Source of the DNA: Alphaproteobacteria bacterium
GTDB lineage: Bacteria > Pseudomonadota > Alphaproteobacteria > SP197
DNA length: 64,000 bases
Reading direction: 5' to 3'
Assembly (NCBI GenBank): GCA_964291265.2
Contig: OZ219747.1
Location: forward strand, 384,001-448,000
The notes under the pieces are model-generated. The model did no database searches. It worked only from the letters and a program-made list of their open reading frames with translations, and had not been told where the DNA came from. Positions within the stretch are counted from its first letter, which is position 1, and every line of letters begins with the position of its first letter. Below, piece by piece: positions 41,495 through 50,276 of this stretch. A program made the position numbers and the translations under genes.

Positions 41495-42639
41495 CCGGAG
41501 GCCTCACCGAAGACCAGAGGGCATTCGCCGACAGCCTGGACCGACTGCTCGCCGATTCCCTGCCCTTCGCCCGTCGCCAGGCGGCGGTGGCGACACCCGG
41601 CGGCTTCGATGAGGATGTCTGGCGGCAGCTTGCCGAACTCGGGTGCATGGCGGCTGCCTTCCCCGAAGAACACGGCGGACTGGGAGGCGGGCCGCAAGAA
41701 CTCATGATCATCGGCGAGAAGTTCGGCCGCCACCTCGTGACCGGGCCCTTTCTTGCCAGTGTCGTTCTGGGCGGCCATGCCGTGCTGTTCGCAGGTTCCG
41801 ATGCATGGAAGGCCAGGGTGCTGCCCGGCGTTGTCAGGGGAACACGCAGGCTGGCGCTCGCCTGGGTGGAACGGCAGGCGCGCCACGACCTCCATGATGT
41901 CGCCACGAGCGTGCTGCCGGCGAACGGCAGCTGGGTGCTGTCGGGCCGCAAGGACGTGGTTCCCGGCGGCGCGCAGGCCGATGTCATCGTCGTCTCGGCG
42001 CGCGCTTCAGGTGATCGACGGGACCATGACGGCATCGTCCTCATCGCCGTACCGGCCGCTGCCCCGGGGGTCGTCCGGCTGGACGAGCGGGCCCACGACG
42101 GCAACCGGGTGTCGACGATCCTCCTCGATGGTGTCAAGGTTGCCGAGACGCAGTTTCTCACGACACCCGAGGACGGCCTCGCCGTCCTCGAACGCGTGAT
42201 CGACCATGCCACTGCCTTTGTCTGCGCCGATGCCGCGGGATCCATGCGACAGGTCTTCGAGACCACCCTGGAGTATCTCAAGACCCGGCGACAGTTCGAC
42301 CGGACGCTGGGATCATTCCAGGCGCTCCAGCATCGCCTGGTGGATCTCTACATCGACTGCGAACTCGCCTGGTCGATGGTTCTCGACGCGACGCAGGCCC
42401 TCACGTCGCCTCAGCGACGCCTTGCCGTGTCGTCGGCCAAGGTCGCGGTCGGCGAATCGGCGCGGCGGGTGGCCGAGGAGGGCGTTCAGCTCCATGGCGG
42501 TATCGGCATGACCATGGACGTGCCCGTCGGACATCATCTCAAGCGTGCCATGGTGATGAACGCCTCGTTCGGCGACGCCGACCATCACCTCGGCCTTCTC
42601 GCTTCGTCATCGGATTTCCGGGAGTCAAGCCATGTCTGA
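41491..42639 (+). CDS. Acyl-CoA dehydrogenase (PimD-like small subunit)
   Basis: YLKTRRQF, GSFQALQHR, VQLHGGIGMT; ATGA overlap with the partner gene. Confidence 0.9.
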   Translation: MTGGLTEDQRAFADSLDRLLADSLPFARRQAAVATPGGFDEDVWRQLAELGCMAAAFPEEHGGLGGGPQELMIIGEKFGRHLVTGPFLASVVLGGHAVLFAGSDAWKARVLPGVVRGTRRLALAWVERQARHDLHDVATSVLPANGSWVLSGRKDVVPGGAQADVIVVSARASGDRRDHDGIVLIAVPAAAPGVVRLDERAHDGNRVSTILLDGVKVAETQFLTTPEDGLAVLERVIDHATAFVCADAAGSMRQVFETTLEYLKTRRQFDRTLGSFQALQHRLVDLYIDCELAWSMVLDATQALTSPQRRLAVSSAKVAVGESARRVAEEGVQLHGGIGMTMDVPVGHHLKRAMVMNASFGDADHHLGLLASSSDFRESSHV

Positions 42640-43432
42640 AGCTGTCAGGACCGAGCGCCGCGGAAAGGTTCTCGAAGTCACCCTCGACCGGCCACCTGTC
42701 AATGCCATCGATGACAGAACATCGATGGAGCTCTACCAGGCCTTCCGAACGCTGCAGGACGACGACGAGCTCATGGTCGGCATCGTCACCGGTGCGGGTG
42801 AGCGCTGCTTTTCCGCCGGATGGGACCTCAAGGCCGTGGCCGCCGCCGACCGGCTCGACGAGGTCGACGGCGAGGGATCGCCTGGCGGGTTTGCCGGACT
42901 GACGGAGTTCTGGGATCTCCACAAGCCGGTCATCGGCGCCGTCAACGGCGTGGCCATCGGCGGCGGTTTCGAACTCGCCCTGTCGACCGACATCATGCTA
43001 GCCGCCGATCATGTCGAGTTCTGGCTGCCCGAGATGCAGCGCGGATTCCTGGCGAGCGCCGGCGCCATCCAGCGCCTGCCCCGGCGCATTCCCTACAACG
43101 TCGCCATGGACCTCTTCCTGACCGGACGCCACATGGATGCCGAGGAGGCACGGCACTGGGGTCTTGTGAGCGAGGTCGTGCCGGGCGCCGACCTGATGAC
43201 GCGGGCCCGCGAACTGGCGGATCAACTCAGCAAGTCGGCGCCCCTAGCGCTCCAGGGCCTCAAGGCGATCATGCCGGTCATCATGCCGCTTTCCCTCGAG
43301 AACGCCATGCGGAAGACGAAGACCGGCCATTCCGGTGTCGACGTCTACGAGAGGATGATGCACTCCGAGGACGCCATCGAGGGACCACGCGCCTTCGCCG
43401 AGAAACGCCGGCCCGAATGGAAGGGGCGCTGA
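42632..43432 (+). CDS. caiD: Carnitinyl-CoA dehydratase-like crotonase
   Basis: TGAGERCFSAGWDLKA, PGGFAGLTE, GGGFELAL, SEDAIEGPRAFAEKR resemble CaiD. Confidence 0.75.
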   Translation: MSEAVRTERRGKVLEVTLDRPPVNAIDDRTSMELYQAFRTLQDDDELMVGIVTGAGERCFSAGWDLKAVAAADRLDEVDGEGSPGGFAGLTEFWDLHKPVIGAVNGVAIGGGFELALSTDIMLAADHVEFWLPEMQRGFLASAGAIQRLPRRIPYNVAMDLFLTGRHMDAEEARHWGLVSEVVPGADLMTRARELADQLSKSAPLALQGLKAIMPVIMPLSLENAMRKTKTGHSGVDVYERMMHSEDAIEGPRAFAEKRRPEWKGR

Positions 43433-43482
43433 TCCGGCCTTGTTGAGAGGTTCGGACCTGGAGTAAGGTCGCGCACCCCCAT

Positions 43483-43571
<89 letters not shown>

Positions 43572-43584
43572 CCGGTTCTTGCCA

Positions 43585-43700
43585 GTCTCGTTTCCGCAAA
43601 CACCGCAAGCGCATGCGATACCGCCACCTCAGCGACCGCGGCGTCGCCATCGGCTCGGGCGTCGTCGAGGCCGCCAACAAAGTACTCATCACACAGAGGA
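43585..43700 (+). pseudogene. ISKra4-like transposase C-terminal remnant
   Basis: FRKHRKRMRY...GVAIGSGVVEAANKVLITQR. Confidence 0.7.
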
Positions 43701-43815
43701 GACCCACTATGTTCAGAACCAGAACCGCCAGCATCATCTGACCGTCGCTCCAGCCCTGCGACGGGCTCCCGGACAGGCGCGGAAGCCCCGAAAGAACCCG
43801 CCTCGCCGCCAGCAA
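43690..43815 (-). pseudogene. IS1380-like transposase N-terminal remnant
   Basis: SQGWSDGQMMLAVLVLNIVG..CV resembles the QGW.D.Q....LN.aG..CV motif. Confidence 0.45.
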
Positions 43816-43888
43816 AGCAACTCGAACACCAGAACCAGACCGCCACGCGCTGTCGAAACTGCCCCACCAGGACGCTCAAATCATTCTA

Positions 43889-45104
43889 GTGTCATGTCAA
43901 CAATGATATGTCGTATATTTTGCGCTAGACTGTCCGTCCATTCGGGACGGAGGTCGGAGTATGAAACGCTACGTTGTGACCTTGGACGAGGCGGAACGGG
44001 AAGAACTTTCGGAGATCACGACCAAGGGCTCGCACCTGTCGCAAAAGGTGATCAACGCTCTGATCCTGCTCAACTGCGACGAGGGCGCGTTCAATGAACG
44101 CCAGGTGACCGGGGAGGTCATTGCCGGGATTCTGCGCATCAGCATGCGCAAGGTAGACCGGGTGAAGAAGCGTTTCGTGGAAGAGGGTCTGGAGGCGGCA
44201 TTGGGTGGCCGGCAGGGACGTCGTCCCAGCTCCGTGCGAAAAGCCGACGGCGCCTTCGAGGCGCGCTTGGTGGCCCTGAGTTGTGGCGAACCGCCCGAGG
44301 GTCACGCGCAATGGTCGTTGCGGCTGCTGGCCGACCGCGTTGTCGAGCTTGGCTACATCGATGCTGTGTCACACGAGACAGTGCGGCGTGTTCTAAAAAA
44401 AACTGCCTCAAGCCATGGCAGCGGGTCGGGTGGGTGATTCCTCCTCAAGGGAACGCCGACTTCGCCGCGGCGATGGAGAAGGTGCTCGATGTCTATCGCC
44501 GCCCCTATGATGCCGCCTTCCCCGTGGTCTGCATGGACGAAACGCCCCGACAACTGATCGGCGAGACACGGCAACCGATCGCCATGGCGCCAGGGCGGTC
44601 AGCGCGTGACGACGACGAGTATCGACGTTGCGGCACCTGCAACGTCTTCATGGCCACGGAACCCCTGGCCGGCAAGCGCATGACCAAGGTGACCAAGCGC
44701 AAGACCAAGATCGACTGGGCGCAGTTTCTGGCCGACATCGCCTCGCGCTACCAGGACGCCACCACCATCACCCTGGTGATGGACAACCTCAACACCCATC
44801 GGCCCGGCGCCCTCTACGAGGCCTACCCGCCGGACGAGGCCAAGGCCTTGTGGGACCGCTTCGAGTTCGTCTACACACCCAAGCACGGCAGTTGGCTGAA
44901 CGTGGCCGAGGTGGAACTCAACGTCATGATCCGCCAGTGCCTCAACCGCCGCATCGACTGCATCGAGGTGCTACGCCGGGAAGTCGCCGCCTGGCAGGCC
45001 TCCCGCGACCGCATCCAGGCCAAGGTGGATTGGCAGTTCACCACCGACGATGCCCGCGTGAAACTCAAACGGCTCTATCCGACATTTGACGAATGACAGG
45101 ACAC
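43889..45104 (+). mobile_element. IS630-family insertion sequence
   Basis: Ends TA-GTGTCATGTCA...ATGTCG and TA-GTGTCCTGTCA...ATGTCG (reverse complement); TA duplication at 43887-8 and 45105-6 within CTAG. Confidence 0.92.
43961..45096 (+). CDS. IS630 transposase (orfA 43961-44437 plus orfB via -1 frameshift)
   Basis: HTH orfA; A8 run at 44395-44402; DDE orfB with VVCMDE, VMDNLNTH, TPKHGSWLNVAE. Confidence 0.9.
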
Positions 45105-45128
45105 TAGGAGTCGATGACACAGCCATCC

Positions 45129-46931
45129 TAGATTCCTTGAATGAAGGCAATGGTGCACAGATGAGCCAAGTTTTCATCACGGACATATTCAGGCGGCAAG
45201 GGTCTGTCCCTCCCAGAGTTTGCTGACCTCGTCATCGAGCGAGTGGAGGATGCGTCCGAGCCTGGATGGCACCTTGTCATCGAAGGCCGCCGCCAGGGCA
45301 GGGCTGAGTGTCCGCCGGTGGATGCGGCAATAGGCAAGAGCGATCCTCTGCCCTCTTGCGTCAGACGATAGCGATGGGATGACGGTATCCTCTCGATGAG
45401 GCCCCGCAGGCGCAGGCGCCGCAGATCATAGGTGGCCTGACGTGAGCCATAGGTATCGGTCGACAGGAGGTCGGCAACGGCCTCTCTCATCTGGCGGTTG
45501 TTGAAGCCCATGGGGAGGAAGACATGCAGCAGGATGGCTGCGAGGACTGCCTGGATGCGTGGATCACCGAAGCGCAGGGCGGATACCCGACGTTCGTCGA
45601 CGACGACAGGTTGATGCAGGGCATCGAAGGTGGCTGCTCCGATCGGACAGTCGTGACTGATGCGTTGGACGTCGAGAAGACGTCGGGTGGCGTCGAAGCC
45701 GACCTCCTTGAGGTCATCGAGGTTGATCAGTCTGCGCTTGATGCCGAAGTCGTACGTGTTGTTGATCACCGTCTCCGTTCGCAGGGCACGGCCTTCCTTG
45801 AAGGACTGCTTGATACGCGAATGCCTGTCATCCACATGCAGCGACGGCTGCACGCCGTCGGTGATGACGCGGGTTCTGAACCGCGAGGTGGTCCGCCGTG
45901 TGATACGGCGGTTGAAGATCAACTGCACATGGTCAGGACGGCCGATGTCGAGGTTCTCGCGAATGATCTCCTCGAACAGGATCCGGCCGTGAAGAGGACG
46001 GTCAAACACCTGTGTGAGCGCACACTCCGCCTGGAGAATCGACAGGTCGTAGCGGATGCCCCTCATCGCGTCCTCGTCGGTGAAGGGATGGGGAAGCCAT
46101 GCCGTCCACTTGCGGAACAGCGCGTCGATCCGTGAGGCATCGATCTCCCCGGCCACGGCCTGCATGATCCGAGGATCGGCACAACTCAGGATGCCGTTGT
46201 CGAGAGCCTCGAAGGCCACCCCGCGCTTGCTCAGCTGACGCTTCAGGTATTCGTGACCATTGAGGCACAGCTTGGCGTTGTACGGGAAGTAGGAACAGAA
46301 CTTGATGAAGCAGGGACCAAAGTCGTCGTCCACGATGTAGATGTACCAGGCATTGACCATCGCCGTGCTGTGAACCAATTCGCAGGACGCCCTGCCCGTC
46401 GCCGGATCAACGCGCTTCTGCGTACGCAGGACACGGGCCTTCTCCTGGGCCTTGCCGACGTAAAGGACACCTTCACCGCCAGACCACAGGCGAAGATACT
46501 TCTGTGTCACATCATCCTTGCGCTCCCCCTTCCTGAAGCTGACAAGGTCGACACCCTGATCCCGGGCAAACCGCTCCAGGCGCGTCACAAAGCGCCGCGT
46601 CATCGGCGCCATCAGAGCCGATGACGGAACAGGATTGCCCCGAACCTCCCGAAAGAACCAGGCCGCGCCACCACCCGTCTGCAGCATTGGCACATAGGCG
46701 TTGAGATAAAGCCGGTCCAGACACTCAAGCTCCAGCGTCACGTGATTCTCAAGGACCTCGCCAACAGACCGTGCTATCGTCATCTTCTGGCCTCCGAACG
46801 ATGGGTTCCCCACATGGTTATCATAACCAACCCTCGGGCTGTATCAGGCGGGTCACCGCAGAGCGGAACAGCGGGCGGAGTCCTTTCCCTTCCGCGACGT
46901 CTCTCGTCGGTCTGAGGCATAGCCTCATTAG
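45129..46931 (-). mobile_element. Putative TIR-less single-gene mobile element bounded by TAG/CTA
   Basis: TAG at 45129-31 and 46929-31; the rejoined empty site is the palindrome GCCATCCTAGGAAAGGC; hairpin-rich 5' leader; no terminal inverted repeats seen. Confidence 0.6.
45189..46783 (-). pseudogene. Approx. 530-aa unclassified transposase/Rep-like protein with C-terminal wHTH, frameshifted near 45348
   Basis: ECLDRLYLNAYVP, LNGHEYL, SRIKQSFKEGRALRTETVIN, TYDLRRLRLRGLIERIP..HRYRLT; the alternative frame ends RIALAYCRIHRR...QTLAA* at 45189. Confidence 0.7.
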
Positions 46932-46994
46932 GAAAGGCATCGGACAACATGACACCCCTGCCGCAGCTCGCCGATCAGGGAGACCGCAACGCGC

Positions 46995-47024
46995 TTGACG
47001 GCGCGGGGCGGATTGTGTCATAAT
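46995..47024 (+). promoter_or_regulatory. Putative sigma70 promoter of the RTX gene
   Basis: TTGACG-N18-CATAAT with a TG extension. Confidence 0.5.
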
Positions 47025-47055
47025 TGTAGCGTTCATCCCGAATGGAGACCGTGGC

Positions 47056-48027
47056 ATGGCCAGATTCAGAGGAACCGACGGCGACGACTGGCTCTACGGC
47101 AACTTGCTCTTCGGCGGCGCTGGCAACGACTGGCTCTTTGGCGGCGACGGCGACGACAAGCTTCGGGGCGGTGCTGGCAACGACATGATCTACGGCTTAA
47201 ACGGCAACGACAGGCTCCACGGCGGCGACGGCCACGACAGGCTCCACGGCGGCGACGGCGACGACGGGCTCCACGGCGGCGCTGGCCTCGACAGGCTCCA
47301 CGGCGACGCTGGCCACGACAGGCTCTACGGCCACGCTGGCGACGACTGGCTGGAAGGCGGAGCCGGCAACGACATGCTCTACGGCGGAGCCGGCAACGAC
47401 TGGCTCTTTGGCGGCGACGGCGACGACAAGCTTCGGGGCGGTGCTGGCAACGACAGGCTCGACGGCTTAAACGGCAACGACAGGCTCTCTGGCGGCGCTG
47501 GCAACGACTGCCTCTCTGGTGGCGCTGGCAACGACATACTCTACGGCGGAGCCGACAACGACTGCCTCTTTGGCGGCAACGGCGACGACAGGCTCTACGG
47601 CGGCGCTGGCGACGACAGCCTCTACGGCGACGGCGGCAACGACTGGCTCTCTGGCCGCGACGGTGGCGACACGCTCCGGGGCGACGCTGGCGACGACACG
47701 CTCCGGGGTGGCACTGGCGACGACACGCTCTATGGCGACGCTGGCGACGACACGCTCTACGGCGGGAAGGGCGACGACACGCTCCGGGGCGGCGCGGGCA
47801 ACGACCGCTTTTTCTTCGATGCCGAAAGCGACCATGACACCATTGCCGACTTCGGGAACGGCAGCGATACCATCGTGTTCAAACAGAAGTTGGCCTACGC
47901 CGACATCATCATCAAGGACCGCGACGCCGGGACCGTGATTACCGGGCCTAATGATGACTGGAGCATCACGCTTGAAGGCGTGACAGCGGCCGAGCTTACC
48001 GAAAGCGACTTTGAGTTTCTGGGATAG
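47056..48027 (+). CDS. RTX (hemolysin-type Ca-binding) repeat protein with T1SS-type C-terminus
   Basis: About 27 consecutive GGxGxDxLx nonapeptides, then DTIADF...SITLEGVTAAELTESDFEF. Confidence 0.93.
   Translation: MARFRGTDGDDWLYGNLLFGGAGNDWLFGGDGDDKLRGGAGNDMIYGLNGNDRLHGGDGHDRLHGGDGDDGLHGGAGLDRLHGDAGHDRLYGHAGDDWLEGGAGNDMLYGGAGNDWLFGGDGDDKLRGGAGNDRLDGLNGNDRLSGGAGNDCLSGGAGNDILYGGADNDCLFGGNGDDRLYGGAGDDSLYGDGGNDWLSGRDGGDTLRGDAGDDTLRGGTGDDTLYGDAGDDTLYGGKGDDTLRGGAGNDRFFFDAESDHDTIADFGNGSDTIVFKQKLAYADIIIKDRDAGTVITGPNDDWSITLEGVTAAELTESDFEFLG
47083..47810 (+). repeat. 27-bp coding tandem repeat array
   Basis: GGCGGCGCTGGCAACGAC-type units; near-identical blocks at about 47120-47215 and 47390-47485 (270 bp apart). 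Confidence 0.9.
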
Positions 48028-48304
48028 CTCGCGGCGTAGTCCTCGATGCGCTAGCGCATCATCGTCCCACCCCGCGAGCACCCCAGACACGCGGGGCGCG
48101 GGGCCGTCGCCGGGGTGCGGCGCACGAGCAAGCTCCCACGCCGACCCCGCCGAGACCCTATCGCGCCTAGGGCGTATGATCACGAATCATGGCGTTCCAT
48201 CGGGTACACAGCACCACATGTGGTGGGTACCATGGCTGGGGCTGGGGTCGCCCGAGCGAAATATAGGCATCGCGACGTCTTAAGGAACAAACTCTGAGGC
48301 AGCC

Positions 48305-48451
48305 GGTTTCACGCTGCGCACGTTCCGCGCCAACCGGAGAGCGCGGGCCTTCCATGAAGCGCACGGCCTCGTCGCGGTCGAATTCGGTCGCAGTGAAGCG
48401 GGAAACGAGCCCGACGTCGCCGGTCGCCGGGATCCGGCCTCCCTGACCTGA
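48305..48451 (+). pseudogene. C-terminal remnant of a GNAT acetyltransferase
   Basis: GFTLRTFRANRRARAFHEAHGLVAVEFGRSEAGNEPDV (N..A..FY...G motif B), no start codon. Confidence 0.6.
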
Positions 48452-48556
48452 TCGCGTTGTGCGCTGTCGCTGACGGAACAGCTGTTCCGGACTGTTGAGC
48501 GTGCTGCAGCCGTCTCACCTTGTCACGTGGCGACTGGCGGGTTCTTCCGGGGGCGA

Positions 48557-49408
48557 TCAGGGAGCGTCGATGAGCGTCACGTCGACGGACCGGCTGGGGT
48601 TCACGACTTCCTCGCGGCCGGGCACGAGGGCGAGTTCCTCGGTGCCGCAGGCGGCCGTCCTTCTCATGATGCCATGCGTGGCGGCGAGGGCATGGGCCAG
48701 GGCGGCGGGAAGCGCGGCACCCCGCAGGGTCACCGCGGTGAAGACCGCGGCGATGAGGTCGCCGGCGCCATCGACCGGGACGTCGAGGCGTTCGACGCTG
48801 GCCTGGCAGGCGCACTGACTGTCAACGGCGATGACGGGAATCGTGTCAGGATACCCGGCGCGCGCCTCGAGCGAGGTGACGACCACGGTCTGTGGCCCCA
48901 GGCCCTGCACCTGCCGAGCGGCGTGGAGTGCGTCATCGATGCCCTCGACCCGCCGCCCGGCGAGGAACTCGAGCTCCATGTGATTGGGGAAGAGAATGTC
49001 GGCCCTCGGCACGATGTGATCCCTGAGGTACTCGGGCACGCCGGGTTCCACAAAGAAACCGTCCTCGTTGCCCATCACCGGATCGCATGCATAGAGGGCG
49101 CCGGGATTGGCCCGGCGCAGCACGTCGAGAGCATGGAGCACGGTGTCGCCGAGTTCCGGCGAACCGATGAATCCCGTCAGCAGGGCCCGGCACCGGCCGA
49201 GACCGCGTCGCGCGACGCCGTCGATCAGCTGCGTCACCCAGGCGGGTTCGAGAGCCCGTCCCTCGTAATCCTGCCAGCCCAGGTGATTGGAAAACACAAC
49301 CGTCGGCACGGCATCGACCTCGAAACCGAGAAGCTGCAGGGGCAGCACTGCCGCATTGAGACCGACATGGCCCCGCGCGACATGGGACTGGATCGTCAGG
49401 ATATCCAT
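48557..49408 (-). CDS. pdxY: Pyridoxal kinase
   Basis: ILTIQSHVARGHVG, PTVVFSNH, CDPVMG, PNHMEL, DGAGDL. Confidence 0.92.
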   Translation of the reverse strand: MDILTIQSHVARGHVGLNAAVLPLQLLGFEVDAVPTVVFSNHLGWQDYEGRALEPAWVTQLIDGVARRGLGRCRALLTGFIGSPELGDTVLHALDVLRRANPGALYACDPVMGNEDGFFVEPGVPEYLRDHIVPRADILFPNHMELEFLAGRRVEGIDDALHAARQVQGLGPQTVVVTSLEARAGYPDTIPVIAVDSQCACQASVERLDVPVDGAGDLIAAVFTAVTLRGAALPAALAHALAATHGIMRRTAACGTEELALVPGREEVVNPSRSVDVTLIDAP

Positions 49409-50276
49409 GGCTTCCGTCGTCCATCCGACGCACGCAATTGGCAAGGGCACGAGTGATAAGCCCTGCGGCCTTCCCGTGCAATGCGGCACGGAGTGACGAT
49501 GGACACCGAACGTCGGCGGCGTCATGGAAGACTTGTGCGGCGGGCGTCACCATGGAGACCGTGACGGGAGCCGACCGCCGTGAAGGATACTCTCGACTGC
49601 GCGATCGTCGGCGGGTGTACGCTTGCCCAGTGTCTTTCCACCGACAGTGTCATCCGTGTGCTCGTGGTGGAAACCGGAAGATGGGACCGCGGTCCCCCGA
49701 CTCACATTCCGCTGGGATGGGGCCGCGTCCTTCATGACTCCCTGCGCGGCTGGATGTATCTCCATGAACCCGTGCAAGGGTCTGGTGCCACGGCGTCGAG
49801 TGCGCCAGGAACAAGATCGTCGGAGGATCATGCTCGGTCAAGGCCATGGCATATGTGCGGAGAACCGCACGACTGCGACACCTGGGCGGCCGGCGATTCC
49901 GTCGACTGGGTCTGGATCAGCATGCGTCCCTGCTTCAAGCGCCAGGAGATCTGGGAGGAAGGCGCCGATGCCTGCCGGTGGCGCCCTCAACGTCCAGTTC
50001 TGCACGTACCGGGTTCCTCCTGTTGAGGCCTTGGGCGAGGCTGGCCGCGAAGCCCATCATGCCTGGACCGACGACTACAACCCCGCACACCAGGACGGTT
50101 TCGCTCGCCTGCAGATGACCATTCGCCCCGGCCGCCTGAGCGAGTGCCGCTTCGGCCGGCCTGCGCCCGGCACCCGGAAGGCGTGAACCGAGCGTGAACT
50201 CCCAGGCCAGGCGCATTCTCTGCGAGGGTGCGAGCGCCGTGGGCGTGGGGGCGCGCCAGGGCGAGCGGACACACAC

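Noticed and set aside
1369-43446. Many long overlapping Arg/Pro/Gly-rich or antisense ORFs in the track (e.g. 1369-2856, 12997-14508, 20180-21919, 28960-30768)
   Set aside because: Shadow frames of well-supported genes in high-GC DNA, with no family motifs.
44395-44402. Frameshift in the IS630 transposase as a sign of inactivation
   Set aside because: An A-run -1 frameshift between orfA and orfB is the normal arrangement in many IS630 members.
47083-47810. Regular 27-bp repeats as a possible CRISPR array
   Set aside because: No unique spacers and no cas genes; the repeats are in-frame RTX nonapeptide codons.
46995-47837. 280-aa Arg-rich repetitive ORF
   Set aside because: Alternative frame of the RTX repeats.
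48212-48225. Palindrome CACCACATGTGGTG resembling an NrdR box
   Set aside because: Single site, no clear tandem partner and no intact downstream gene, so it cannot be supported.
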